Part shown: positions 7,375 through 17,542 of the stretch, one piece after another
How positions within the stretch are numbered: position 1 is the stretch's first letter
Layout: each line of letters begins with the position of its first letter
Origin: a virus
Lineage: Duplodnaviria > Caudoviricetes
IMG/VR virus record: IMGVR_UViG_2515154161_000003
Coordinates: 34,636-98,635 of that record
Reading direction: 5' to 3' (one strand)
DNA: 64,000 nt
Made by a program: the position numbers and the translations under genes
The notes under the pieces: generated by a model
What the model was told of the DNA's origin: nothing
What the model saw: only the letters and a program-made list of their open reading frames with translations
Database searches by the model: none

Positions 7375-10300
7375 TCAGTCGTTCCAGGCCATCCCCTTCA
7401 CCACGAAATTCAGCGGGCCGACGCCCACTGCTTCCTTCAGGGAGTCCGCAGCAGGCTGGGTGAAGGCGCTGGCGATCTGCTCGGCGGTTGGCCCAAGCAG
7501 GCCGGGGACGCCAAACTCCTTGGCATCGAGTGCCATCTGACCGGTGCCCAGTAGCCCTGCCCTCTGTACCCCATGCGCCACAATCCCTGCGACACCTTCA
7601 TGCTCCCATACCGGAGCCCCTGCTCCCATTGCTTCCTGCAAGATGCCCTTGGCCGCGTCGGCTGCCAGCATCACCGGAACGTAGCCAGCCGCCAGTAGCA
7701 GCAAGGGGTTCGTGTTGCCATTTTTGACTTCATGCACCACACGCTTGAGCAGCACTTCGTGGGTGGCGTACATGAACTGCTTGAGGTGGAAGAACACAGC
7801 AAAGTGCGGGTCAGAACTCCAACTCGGGCGAATGGCTGCATTGGGCCGGAGAATTGCGCCATCCACCCAACGCATGATGGCCTTCTGAATCGCCGGGCTG
7901 TCAGTGTTGAGCCTGCCATCCTGAACTCGCACATCCGCCTTGGTGATACCCAACTCCTTGAGGTAACGCTCGCTGTGTTCGCCAGGGTTCTCCGCGTGCC
8001 GCTTGATGAACCCAATAGCAGCTTGTGTTGCCTGTACGCGCATGGCTTTGTTGTACGCTTCCATGCCGTTCCAGCGGAAGAAGTTGTCGTTCCAGCGCTT
8101 GGCCCAGGCAGGCAGATATTGTGAGCCGTACAAGTTCCCCATCGTACTCATGAACCCAGCGCAGTCGACAGTGCCGACCATTTCGGCAACCCTGGTGGCT
8201 TCGTCGTAATCTTCGGGCTTGCGCTCGCGCAGACCGGTGAGATCGCCCCACTCCTTCACAATGGCACTCATCCCACGCTTGAACGCCACGAACGCATCCT
8301 TCATCTCGCCCCCGCGCACAACAATACCGAGCGGGTCAATGAGGTTCGAGAACATGGCATAAGCCAGCAGCCGGGTATTCTGGTAGACGATGCTGTAAGC
8401 CGATGCTTTCCTCAACAAAGGGCTGATGTCGTGACCAAGTGTCCCTTCCATCGCCATGACTGCACGGCGGGCGGGTTCCAGACTCTTGGCGGCCCGAATG
8501 GGCAAGGCTTCAGCGTCCTGTGGTGTAAGCTCGGTCTTCGTACCCGAGACAAGCACCGAGTAAAGCTGCTTCTGCCATGCTTCAGGGTCAAGCGCCTTCG
8601 CCTGCCCGACAGCATCCTTCACGCCATATTCGCGCTCGGCGATCTGGTTGATCTCATGCGCCCAGGCACCTTCCATTGAGGCCTGAAGTTTGCCGCCGTC
8701 GTAGCCAAAGGTGCGTGTATATTCCGCACGCTTGGTCGCCTGTCCCACATAGGACGACAACACCTGCATCAAATCCTTCTGCTGAAAGTCATGAAACTGC
8801 CGCATGTCGATCCAGTCCAGGGTTCGTTCGTTCACTGCTTTCATGAACGGGCTGTACCCCAAGGCATTCGGCATTTCGTCCAGTGCAGCCTGCCCGTCAC
8901 TGCCAATGAGCCGATCCAGAATGGCGGCGGCAACGTCTTCTGCCGTAACCGGTGTCGTCTTTTCGTCTTGCAACGCTCGCCACGAAGCAGTCAGTTCACC
9001 TGCGTCCTGCTTGGCTGCCACCTCCTTGTTGGCCTGTGCAGCAATGGCTTCGAGTTCATCCGCATGAAACTTCAACAACCGGTCCTTGAACACGGCGCCA
9101 TCTCTCACAAGTGCGGCACTGTCCCAGGCACGCGGGAAGTAATTGACGATCTTGCCAAGAGGTTCCCATTGTTGCTTCTCAGCGTCATAACGACGAACGT
9201 CAGCCCCCCGCAAATACTCGTGCATCTCATCAAACACCCGCTGCACGCCATCCTGGATTTTCCTCGCCACCCGGTCTTTGGCTTTCGTCCCTGTTTGCAG
9301 CGCTTCAAGTGCCGTATCAAGGTCTGCTTTCTCCACATGCTCACCTGCATCCCTCACCGCAGCTCCGAACCTGTTGAGCCACTGATTGTTTGCCTGAACA
9401 TGCGCCTGTAGAAAACCTTGGTCTTTGTCGGTTGCCCCCACCTTGTTGTTGAACAAGCGGCCAATCTGGTTGAGATAGGGGTTGGCTGAGCCAGTAAGTT
9501 GGGCCTCAGCAGTCCCAACCAACTCCTGACCACGCTTGAGAACAGGATCTATTTTTTTCGCCACCGCACGCAAGGTATCTCCACGCGCAGCGATGCCATC
9601 CAAGGCTTTTGCCATTTCATTTGGCTCGGCCAGCTTGCCATCGTGAAACGCCTTCAGGATCAATTCTGCCCGCTGATCGTTGGTCAGCATGCCCGTAATC
9701 CTGCGAATCAGGTTGGCAACTCGCTGGAATATCGTTTGTGTTTCCGGCCCAAACTTCATTTTGCCGGAAGCCCAGAGCTGGTACATGTAGGCCAAACGCT
9801 CCTGCGGGTCGTTCCTGATCGCTTCCCGCACCGCTTCGAACTTGTCGTCGGCAAAGAACCGCTCCAGACGACGCAGTGTGATCGGGCTGCTCGCTGCCTT
9901 GAGCAGAGTTTCGGCGTCCTTGCCCCGCCCTGCCTCAGTCAAACGGCTGAACAGTTCGTGCATGCTCTCATGGTAAGCAACAGACAACGGGTTCAGGGCA
10001 CTCGTTGCGACCCTCACCACGCCCTGTTCCCACTCACCCGAACCACCATGACCGAAGGCATCGACGAATTCACGGTGCATCGCCGGGCCTAGAGTTTTGG
10101 TAATGTAGTCGTTCGCAGCCTTCAGCTCTTCTGCTGAAGCCTTGGCACCCAACGGTTCGTCCGAGCGTTTCGTGTTCGCATCAAACGCGCTGAAGTTCCC
10201 GTTATTGTCGGTCGCCTTGAGCTGTGTCGGATCGAACACAATCGTCGTCCCATCCGTCGGCACAAACACTCCGTCATATCCCTGGGCCTGCAACGCTCGC

Positions 10301-13300
10301 GCCCGTGCTTTCGACTGGGCTAGATCAGCAAAACTGGAAAACTCTTCCAGACTCATTCTGTAGGGGCGCTCCATGCGCACATACAGCGGCATCGTATGCT
10401 GCCCATATACAGCAGAACGTTCAGCGGACGGGCTGACAAAAATCCCCAGTCCTGCGCTGGCATGGTTCGTATTCGCACCAGCCCTTGCCGGGTCGAATGT
10501 ATCAAAGGCAGCATCGGAGCTGTGATAAAAAACAACCGGTGCGCCATCCTTTGTGCGCATTTTGCTGTCACCAAACCACGCATTGAAACGTGGGCTATCC
10601 AGCAACTTGCGGGCAGGTTCGGCATTGAACTTCTTACCGTCTGCCTTCGCTGCCGCTGCCTTGTATTCAGCCGCCAGTTCTTTGCCTTGCTTCACAAGTT
10701 CTGAAGTCTGGCTCTTCAGAAGCCTGAGCTTGCCATCACGAACGGCGTTCGCGGGAGCCGCCTCAAGCTCTTTGATTTTCGTTACCTTTTCAGCATACTC
10801 ACGACGGAGCCCGTCAAGACGACGAGCACGCTGATCGAGTTTTCCTTCCTTGGGATGCAGCTCTGCACCGGTCAGCTCATCAAAATTCCGTTCTGTGGCG
10901 TCTAGCTTTTTGTTCGCCTGCATAGACATCTCGTCGGTCTCGGTGATGGCATGGCCCTTTGGCCCTGCCGTCTCGCGTACCTTATCCTGCGGCAACTCCG
11001 CCCCCTTCTTCTCAAACACAGCGAAGTTGTCTCCGTACTTGCCAACGAACTGTCCCGCCTCTTTATCCACATGCCCAAGCGCTTCCTTTTCGGAATCATA
11101 GATATGTGGCTGCTTGGTCTGCGGATCGCGTGCAATACGCCCCTCATCAACAACCGCACGCCCAACTTCCTCGCTGATGCTTCTGCGAGCCTCGCCCAGA
11201 GTCAGCACTGAGCCGTCCGCACGCCTGAAGAGCGCAAAGTCATCCGGCAGGCTTTTCATGCCATTGACAACATGTTCAGTACCGTCGGCCATCCTTACCC
11301 GCATCTCCCCCTGGAACTTGCCGGAGTTGAGCAGCGAAGACAGCCCTGCCGAAAACATATTCAGCATATCCTTCGGGCCGGTCTGTTCAGCCGTGCGTTC
11401 ATCAAACGCCCCTTGGCCCTTGCGCTCCCACATCTTCGAGATGAGCTTTTGTGCAGAGGTTACGAAGTCCTTACCGTACTTCTTCCCTCCGGGTTCTCCT
11501 TCAGGCAAAAAGATACGGCCGTCCGCGATGGTAGAAACATCCCGCTGCCCTAGCTTCGTGACATCCGACCACGCCCGCTTGTTTGCTCGACCACCCACGG
11601 TAGCCGGAGCATTCAACTCGTCTGGGCGAATCTCCACGGCTTCAGGCTGGTCGTTTGTTCGCTCCTGGGAACGCAGCACTTTGTAGCGATCATTGAGCAT
11701 CTGATCCAGGCCACGTGACCCACGGGTCTCGTATTCAGTCTCATGTTGCTGGCGCAAAGCATCCAGTTGGCGGTTGTCACCGGTTGCCTTGGCATAATCG
11801 ACAATGCCTACGGGTTCGGTACTCACGACCTCTCTGCCCGTTGATTTGTCATACCTTGCGTTGTAGCGCTCCGTATCCAGGTTGCGCTCTACACGCTGAA
11901 TGTGATCCCCCACGTAATCATTGGCAAGATCGAACGGGCGACCTTCTTTGTCACCGAAATGATAGGCATATGAAGACTCACGCTCCTGCAACGGGGATTC
12001 GTAGTCTTTTGCTGCGGCGTCGCTCTCGCCACGATTCGGCGTGGCCGCGCTCTCATCCCCGTAGCTTTCCCCTTGCAGCCTGTTGCGCTCATGTAGAAGG
12101 TCAATCTGGGCCAATACCTTGTCCTTGTTTGCCCCAAACCATTGGTCAAGTTGTGCTTCGACATCAGGAATTTTCTTGCCACCGTCAATGTAACGACGGA
12201 TAGAGTCAGCAATATGTGGATAGTCTTCCGCAGGCAATGCGTCCATCGCTTCTGGGGTCAGATTGTCCCAAACAGCTTGAGATGCTCGTTTGTATTGTGG
12301 CACCCGGCTATCCACTAACGACTGGATGTCAGCCAGCGCGGCCTGTACACCCTCATCAATCTCCTGAGTCCTTCCCTGGCGGCGCAGCAGATCATAGGCT
12401 TTACCAATAATTTCTGGAGCGCCTGCTCCAAATGCTGCGGTGAGGCCGTGGGGAACAGTTACGTTGCCATTGTCATCTCGTCCGAAGTCTCCCAGAACAT
12501 AGTCTTTGAGAACACCCGCAGCCGTGTTGCGCACATGCTCAGTCAGCGGGCTTCCGAACGTACTATCCAGATCAGGCGCAAGACGGCTCAGAAACACCTC
12601 GTCGTCACGCGTCGGCTCCAGATTCTGCTTGGCGCCGCCAAGCCTGCTCACCAGTTCCCCCGCTGCCTCACGGATATTCTCGCCTACGCGCCTGGAGCGC
12701 TCTTGCGCGACCAGCCCCCCAACAAAAGGCTTCCACGCTTCTGGGTCGTTCGCGTTGTCCAACAGATGTTGAGCAACGGCTACCGATTGGGCGGGGGCAT
12801 TCGGGTCGGCCACGGTACGACGCGCGATTGCCAGCGCGGCCTCACGTTGCATGTTCTCGTTACTGGCAGCCCAGGCATTCACCTGTTCGTCCGGAGCATT
12901 GACCAGCTCAGCAGGCAGTCGCTGATCGGCCATGAGGGTCGCCAGCTCAGGATGGGTACGATAGGCATTGAATGCATCACCGACCGTCCTGAGCGGATCA
13001 GCCGCACCGTTGGCTGCCTTCATGGCCGTGTCGCTCAGAGCTATGCCGCCCTTGGCTGCAAGCCTCCCACCGCTGGCAACCAGATCAACGCCATGAGCCA
13101 CAGCCCCATGTACCGCCCCGACAGGAGCCATACCCAATGCGCCTTGGGCCGCTGCATCTGCAACCCGCATTGGGTCGAACTTGGCGTTCGGATCGTACTG
13201 CATCTTGTGCGCCTGCCCGATCACATCTGAGGCTCCTACCGCCGCACCGGCTTCCGCAGCACTCTTGGCTGTTTGCACCCCCGCCCCAAGCAGAGCCTGC

Positions 13301-13953
13301 TTCAGAGAGTTGACCGGCACTGGTGTCAGCATACGGCCAGTCATGGCATCCGGAACGGCAGCCATGACAGCGCCTTGAGTACCACCCACAAGGTTGGCAC
13401 GAGCAAACTTTTCTTGCGGCGACATCCCGGCAGCAGCGGAATCCTCATGCAGCTCCTGGGCCACGCCACCAGCCATCGTCGGGTGCATGACTGCCGCGCC
13501 ACCGAGCGTGGCCGCGAGGTTCGGGTTCATGAATCGGCCCAAGCCCATGCGTCCAGCTACAGCACCTGCCATTGCAGGAGGGATATATGCAGCCCCCTTG
13601 CCGACAGCGCCGAGAGCATATTGCAAAGCAGTGTCCGCATCATGAACTTGCCCAAGGTTTTTGACATCTGGTCCAACATACGCAGCTCGTTGTGCATCCT
13701 GCGCCGCACTATCCCACCACCCTTTTGCAGCATCAGAATGCCCAGTCGCATCCAGGGCAGACGCCACATAGGCTTTTGTCGAACCCTTCACACCCCGGAC
13801 AGCCTGCCCAAGACCACGCGTCAGGGGATTGCCGAAATCACGCTCATCCTGCAATGGATCAGGCAGCGGCTGCGCAGTCGTGCCGAGCGCGGAATAAGTT
13901 GTCCCATTGGGCTGCTGGGGCTGGAGCGCGAGCAAAGTATCTCTCAGCGACAT
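7375..13953 (-). CDS. Large internal virion/ejection polyvalent protein with ART-like and zincin-like domains
   Basis: Last gene of the structural operon; FNAWFGDSK...PVVFYH...GLGIFVS...YG...PLYVRMERP (ART-PolyVal-like); AYHESMH (HExxH). Confidence 0.8.
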   Translation of the reverse strand: MSLRDTLLALQPQQPNGTTYSALGTTAQPLPDPLQDERDFGNPLTRGLGQAVRGVKGSTKAYVASALDATGHSDAAKGWWDSAAQDAQRAAYVGPDVKNLGQVHDADTALQYALGAVGKGAAYIPPAMAGAVAGRMGLGRFMNPNLAATLGGAAVMHPTMAGGVAQELHEDSAAAGMSPQEKFARANLVGGTQGAVMAAVPDAMTGRMLTPVPVNSLKQALLGAGVQTAKSAAEAGAAVGASDVIGQAHKMQYDPNAKFDPMRVADAAAQGALGMAPVGAVHGAVAHGVDLVASGGRLAAKGGIALSDTAMKAANGAADPLRTVGDAFNAYRTHPELATLMADQRLPAELVNAPDEQVNAWAASNENMQREAALAIARRTVADPNAPAQSVAVAQHLLDNANDPEAWKPFVGGLVAQERSRRVGENIREAAGELVSRLGGAKQNLEPTRDDEVFLSRLAPDLDSTFGSPLTEHVRNTAAGVLKDYVLGDFGRDDNGNVTVPHGLTAAFGAGAPEIIGKAYDLLRRQGRTQEIDEGVQAALADIQSLVDSRVPQYKRASQAVWDNLTPEAMDALPAEDYPHIADSIRRYIDGGKKIPDVEAQLDQWFGANKDKVLAQIDLLHERNRLQGESYGDESAATPNRGESDAAAKDYESPLQERESSYAYHFGDKEGRPFDLANDYVGDHIQRVERNLDTERYNARYDKSTGREVVSTEPVGIVDYAKATGDNRQLDALRQQHETEYETRGSRGLDQMLNDRYKVLRSQERTNDQPEAVEIRPDELNAPATVGGRANKRAWSDVTKLGQRDVSTIADGRIFLPEGEPGGKKYGKDFVTSAQKLISKMWERKGQGAFDERTAEQTGPKDMLNMFSAGLSSLLNSGKFQGEMRVRMADGTEHVVNGMKSLPDDFALFRRADGSVLTLGEARRSISEEVGRAVVDEGRIARDPQTKQPHIYDSEKEALGHVDKEAGQFVGKYGDNFAVFEKKGAELPQDKVRETAGPKGHAITETDEMSMQANKKLDATERNFDELTGAELHPKEGKLDQRARRLDGLRREYAEKVTKIKELEAAPANAVRDGKLRLLKSQTSELVKQGKELAAEYKAAAAKADGKKFNAEPARKLLDSPRFNAWFGDSKMRTKDGAPVVFYHSSDAAFDTFDPARAGANTNHASAGLGIFVSPSAERSAVYGQHTMPLYVRMERPYRMSLEEFSSFADLAQSKARARALQAQGYDGVFVPTDGTTIVFDPTQLKATDNNGNFSAFDANTKRSDEPLGAKASAEELKAANDYITKTLGPAMHREFVDAFGHGGSGEWEQGVVRVATSALNPLSVAYHESMHELFSRLTEAGRGKDAETLLKAASSPITLRRLERFFADDKFEAVREAIRNDPQERLAYMYQLWASGKMKFGPETQTIFQRVANLIRRITGMLTNDQRAELILKAFHDGKLAEPNEMAKALDGIAARGDTLRAVAKKIDPVLKRGQELVGTAEAQLTGSANPYLNQIGRLFNNKVGATDKDQGFLQAHVQANNQWLNRFGAAVRDAGEHVEKADLDTALEALQTGTKAKDRVARKIQDGVQRVFDEMHEYLRGADVRRYDAEKQQWEPLGKIVNYFPRAWDSAALVRDGAVFKDRLLKFHADELEAIAAQANKEVAAKQDAGELTASWRALQDEKTTPVTAEDVAAAILDRLIGSDGQAALDEMPNALGYSPFMKAVNERTLDWIDMRQFHDFQQKDLMQVLSSYVGQATKRAEYTRTFGYDGGKLQASMEGAWAHEINQIAEREYGVKDAVGQAKALDPEAWQKQLYSVLVSGTKTELTPQDAEALPIRAAKSLEPARRAVMAMEGTLGHDISPLLRKASAYSIVYQNTRLLAYAMFSNLIDPLGIVVRGGEMKDAFVAFKRGMSAIVKEWGDLTGLRERKPEDYDEATRVAEMVGTVDCAGFMSTMGNLYGSQYLPAWAKRWNDNFFRWNGMEAYNKAMRVQATQAAIGFIKRHAENPGEHSERYLKELGITKADVRVQDGRLNTDSPAIQKAIMRWVDGAILRPNAAIRPSWSSDPHFAVFFHLKQFMYATHEVLLKRVVHEVKNGNTNPLLLLAAGYVPVMLAADAAKGILQEAMGAGAPVWEHEGVAGIVAHGVQRAGLLGTGQMALDAKEFGVPGLLGPTAEQIASAFTQPAADSLKEAVGVGPLNFVVKGMAWND

Positions 13954-13964
13954 GACAAATCCTT

Positions 13965-15713
13965 TTAACGACGTTGATCCGAGAGGTTCTGAAGCTCCTG
14001 ACGATAGCGGTCCTGTGCCTCCTGATTTCCGCCATCTACCAGCCCACCGTAACCAAGGCTGCTGCCGAACTTCAACCTGTTATCACCAGTCACAAAGCCC
14101 ACGCCACCTGGGCCACGCAACCCGGTTGCAGCCGTCGCCTTCAGCGGGTTATTGGTCGTGGAGGTGCTGTAGCCCATCAACTTCTGTACAAGGTTGTTCA
14201 GAATGCCAGGGTCGGTGTCCCAGGCGGGAGACTGCACAGCATCGTGAATCACGTTGTACATCTGTGGCGTGATGTCACCACGGCTCAGGCCCGCCTGAGC
14301 CAGCACATTATTGAAACCAAGCTCGGCTTTTTGCCGAGCCTGATTCGGTTTATTGTCTTTGTCATACGCCTGCCCAAAGTCCTTATCGAGCTGATCGTTG
14401 ATGCGTTTCTCGTTATCCATCCGTCGTTGATACCCGAGCTGATTGATCGCCATTTCGCGGTTGTACTGAAGGTTCTGACGTTGCATTGCCAGATCAGCCG
14501 CTTTGAACAAACCTTGCTGTTGCATCTGTTGGCGCTGCAGATCGGCATTGGTATCGAGGTTGGCGTATTGGAACCCCAGGTTGTCCGCTGTTTTGGCGCG
14601 ATTGATCGCCCCGGCATACTGCGCTGCTGCGGGTTGCTGCGCATACAGCTTGAACAGAGTCTTCATGCCGGAAGGATCATTCGATTCAAGGGATGTATCG
14701 ATGGCCGGAGGAGCGCCCACACTTTGCTCGTTCGACACACGACGAGTAGGCTGATTACCTCCGCCTCCCGCGTTGCCACCCACGCTGGCCGCGTCAACCG
14801 GCTGATAGCCTTGCGCCTGACCACCAACATTCATGGTTTTGCCTGTTGAGTTATTGCGCACCCATCCCGTTCCGGCCGGTGGCACACCATTCGAGTTGAT
14901 GAGATCTGCAACAGGCTGGCGCAAACCGACAGGCTGAACAGTCTGTTGCGGAACTTGCTGACTCAGAGCTGGAGCTTCTTGAGAGGATTGCATAGGCTGC
15001 CCACTGAGCATCCCGGCAGTCATGCCGTTTGGATGTTCTTTGGCGATCTGGTTGATCAGGTCTTGATTCACTTGAAGCCCTGGCTCGGTTCTATTTGCCG
15101 CGCTGTTACCGGTCAGAGAATTCCACGCCCTCGCCAATCCCACAGCCATGTTGTCCGGCACAAGGTTTTTGCCAATGAACTTACCTGCGGTCAATGCTCC
15201 CGCTCCGGTAGCAACAGCGGGGTTCGCCAGCAAACCATAGGTAAGCGCACCACCCGCTGCAAAATCCGTCGCGTTGTCTGCATTGACCCCACGATTGCCC
15301 ATATCGCCCAAAGCCCCTGCCGTCTGGAGCACTCCGCCAGCAAGCCCTAGACCTTTACCAAACTTTGCCAACCTACTAGCCTGACCTGCCACTTGCGCGG
15401 GGGCTTCCGTCGTCGAAGCCACGTTTGGCGTTTGGGACGCGCGAAACGCTGCTGCTTCGGGGGACATCATCCCGTTCGCACGAGCGCCTACAGCGGTGCT
15501 TGCCAGCGGGCCTTCAGCAGCACTCGCTGAACCGTACCGGGATACCGCATTACTTGCCACAGAGGGGTCAATCGGTACAGGCCCGCCTGGGCGGGGCACA
15601 GAAGCAGGTTGCTGAATTGACGTAGCAGTGCGGCTACCCACTCCTTGGCCTTTTCGGGACATCCAGTCCCCCGCACCACGCATCATCTGCCCAATGTAAT
15701 CACCAAGAGCCAT
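13965..15713 (-). CDS. Putative DNA ejection/transfer protein
   Basis: Position; A/G/Q-rich with glycine-rich hydrophobic segments. Confidence 0.6.
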   Translation of the reverse strand: MALGDYIGQMMRGAGDWMSRKGQGVGSRTATSIQQPASVPRPGGPVPIDPSVASNAVSRYGSASAAEGPLASTAVGARANGMMSPEAAAFRASQTPNVASTTEAPAQVAGQASRLAKFGKGLGLAGGVLQTAGALGDMGNRGVNADNATDFAAGGALTYGLLANPAVATGAGALTAGKFIGKNLVPDNMAVGLARAWNSLTGNSAANRTEPGLQVNQDLINQIAKEHPNGMTAGMLSGQPMQSSQEAPALSQQVPQQTVQPVGLRQPVADLINSNGVPPAGTGWVRNNSTGKTMNVGGQAQGYQPVDAASVGGNAGGGGNQPTRRVSNEQSVGAPPAIDTSLESNDPSGMKTLFKLYAQQPAAAQYAGAINRAKTADNLGFQYANLDTNADLQRQQMQQQGLFKAADLAMQRQNLQYNREMAINQLGYQRRMDNEKRINDQLDKDFGQAYDKDNKPNQARQKAELGFNNVLAQAGLSRGDITPQMYNVIHDAVQSPAWDTDPGILNNLVQKLMGYSTSTTNNPLKATAATGLRGPGGVGFVTGDNRLKFGSSLGYGGLVDGGNQEAQDRYRQELQNLSDQRR

Positions 15714-15724
15714 GTTCGTACTCC

Positions 15725-17542
15725 TTAACCCGTTGTAATTTCTGCAGCCAGACCACCTGCCGCCGCACCGATTGCTCCTGCAACCTGCCCCATTTCCCGC
15801 ATGCCAGCAGCCGCCGCGCCTGCAACAATTTGCGCATGAGCATTGATCGCCTGTGCCGTAGCTATCAGGTGCGATGATTCAATCTGCGCCACCTGCGCCG
15901 ACAAGGACGCGTTGGCCTGTGCCGCACTGATGCGCTCGCGGACAAACTTGGCCTGTGCATCAACACGCGTTGTATACTTCTTTATTCTTGAGTCATACAC
16001 ACCAAGCGCGGCGTTCACGTCCGTTTGATAGCGGGCCACATCCGCTCCGTACATCTGGATTTTCGCCCTGTACTGTTCAAGCGGAAGCTGAGCGGCAGCA
16101 ACTTGAGCGCGAACGATGGTTTCTTTGGCTGCCACGCCTGTCTGGTAAGCCTGCACCTTATTGGCATAAGCGCTCACAGACGATTGATAGAGCGAGACCT
16201 TTGCCATTTCGCCACGGATGCGGGATTCATACATTCCGAACTCGGCACTCTTGGCTCCAACCTGTGCCTGATAAGCTTCGACCCGCGTGCGGAACAGTTC
16301 CAGCTTGGAACGTTCAACGTCGGTGTAGATCTTTGCGGCTTCCATCTGCGCCGTGTACAGACCGACCAGGGAACGCACACCTTCAAGCTGTGAGTTGTAG
16401 AGCGAAACGTACAACTGCTGGGTTTCAACAGTCAGGCGTGCGCCTTCAACCTTTGCCTTATACACATCAAGATGGGCAAGCGCTCCGCGCAACTGCGTCT
16501 CATACACCTGGGCTGCGCCACGGAATGCCTCGACCCTGGCCTGAAAGCGCTGCAACTTCGCATTGAAAATCTGCACACCAAATTCAGCAAGATATTTGGC
16601 TGCATTGAGCGCCCTTTCCGCCGCGTATCCATAATACTGAATCATCATGGCTTCCAGCTCACGCGCCTGCTCAATCGTGAACCTGCGGTTCTCCACATAC
16701 AGGTCTGCACGCTTGAGTGCCACGTCACGAGACAAACTTGAAGTTTTCTCAAGCGCTTCACTCTGAATCCGCGTAACCGCCCCATTCAATGCTCCAGGCG
16801 GTAGCATCATTCCACGCGCAGCGGCTTGACGGGCCACTTCCTGGATCTGGATTTCCGCATTCTGCAACTCACGCTCACGCGCACGTGCCCAAAGAGCCTC
16901 CTCGTCACCTGCATCAATGCCGTAGCCGCCATTGAGCAGATCATTGAGCAACTTTGTCTTCGTTGCATCTAGCAAGACAGACGAATACATCTGCTCACTG
17001 AACTCGAACTTCGATGTGGGTTCAAGCAGATCGTCCGCTTGTGCAGCCACATCAAAAACTGGGATGTCTATTACAGGAGCCTCGGGCAAGGCCAGAGCCT
17101 GAATCGTGGGGACAGCAGGCAAGGTAATCGTCGGCGCGGTCGGCAGCACAGCACTGTTCAACTCTGGGGCATTGCCTGGAGAATCCGGCAACGACGCGTC
17201 TGGGGCCGCAGGCAAACTGAGTGCAGGCTCTGCCAGAGTCAGTTCAGGAACAGGGCCAAAATCCGGGATGTTGATCGTACCTATCGACACATCGCTCGGA
17301 CGAGTAGCAGTATCTGTTGGAAAGACAGGCTCTGACGGCGCTTGCTCAGCGACTGCGGAAATAGTATCCGCATAATCGTTCTGTATGTATTGCGCAAGAA
17401 AATCCGCATAGGATTTGCCCACGGTAACTTGACTTGTAGCCACACCTTTCAGGTCATTCATGAAGCCTGTCATCGTGTCGACGATAGTGTTCATCGACGA
17501 GATGTTGCTGTCGCGCATTGCGCCAATATCGGTCCCCATCAA
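15725..17542 (-). CDS. Virion structural/ejection protein (coiled-coil)
   Basis: Pro-rich N-terminus, AARGMMLPPG, long heptad C-terminal half; position in the tail operon. Confidence 0.65.
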   Translation of the reverse strand: MMGTDIGAMRDSNISSMNTIVDTMTGFMNDLKGVATSQVTVGKSYADFLAQYIQNDYADTISAVAEQAPSEPVFPTDTATRPSDVSIGTINIPDFGPVPELTLAEPALSLPAAPDASLPDSPGNAPELNSAVLPTAPTITLPAVPTIQALALPEAPVIDIPVFDVAAQADDLLEPTSKFEFSEQMYSSVLLDATKTKLLNDLLNGGYGIDAGDEEALWARARERELQNAEIQIQEVARQAAARGMMLPPGALNGAVTRIQSEALEKTSSLSRDVALKRADLYVENRRFTIEQARELEAMMIQYYGYAAERALNAAKYLAEFGVQIFNAKLQRFQARVEAFRGAAQVYETQLRGALAHLDVYKAKVEGARLTVETQQLYVSLYNSQLEGVRSLVGLYTAQMEAAKIYTDVERSKLELFRTRVEAYQAQVGAKSAEFGMYESRIRGEMAKVSLYQSSVSAYANKVQAYQTGVAAKETIVRAQVAAAQLPLEQYRAKIQMYGADVARYQTDVNAALGVYDSRIKKYTTRVDAQAKFVRERISAAQANASLSAQVAQIESSHLIATAQAINAHAQIVAGAAAAGMREMGQVAGAIGAAAGGLAAEITTG

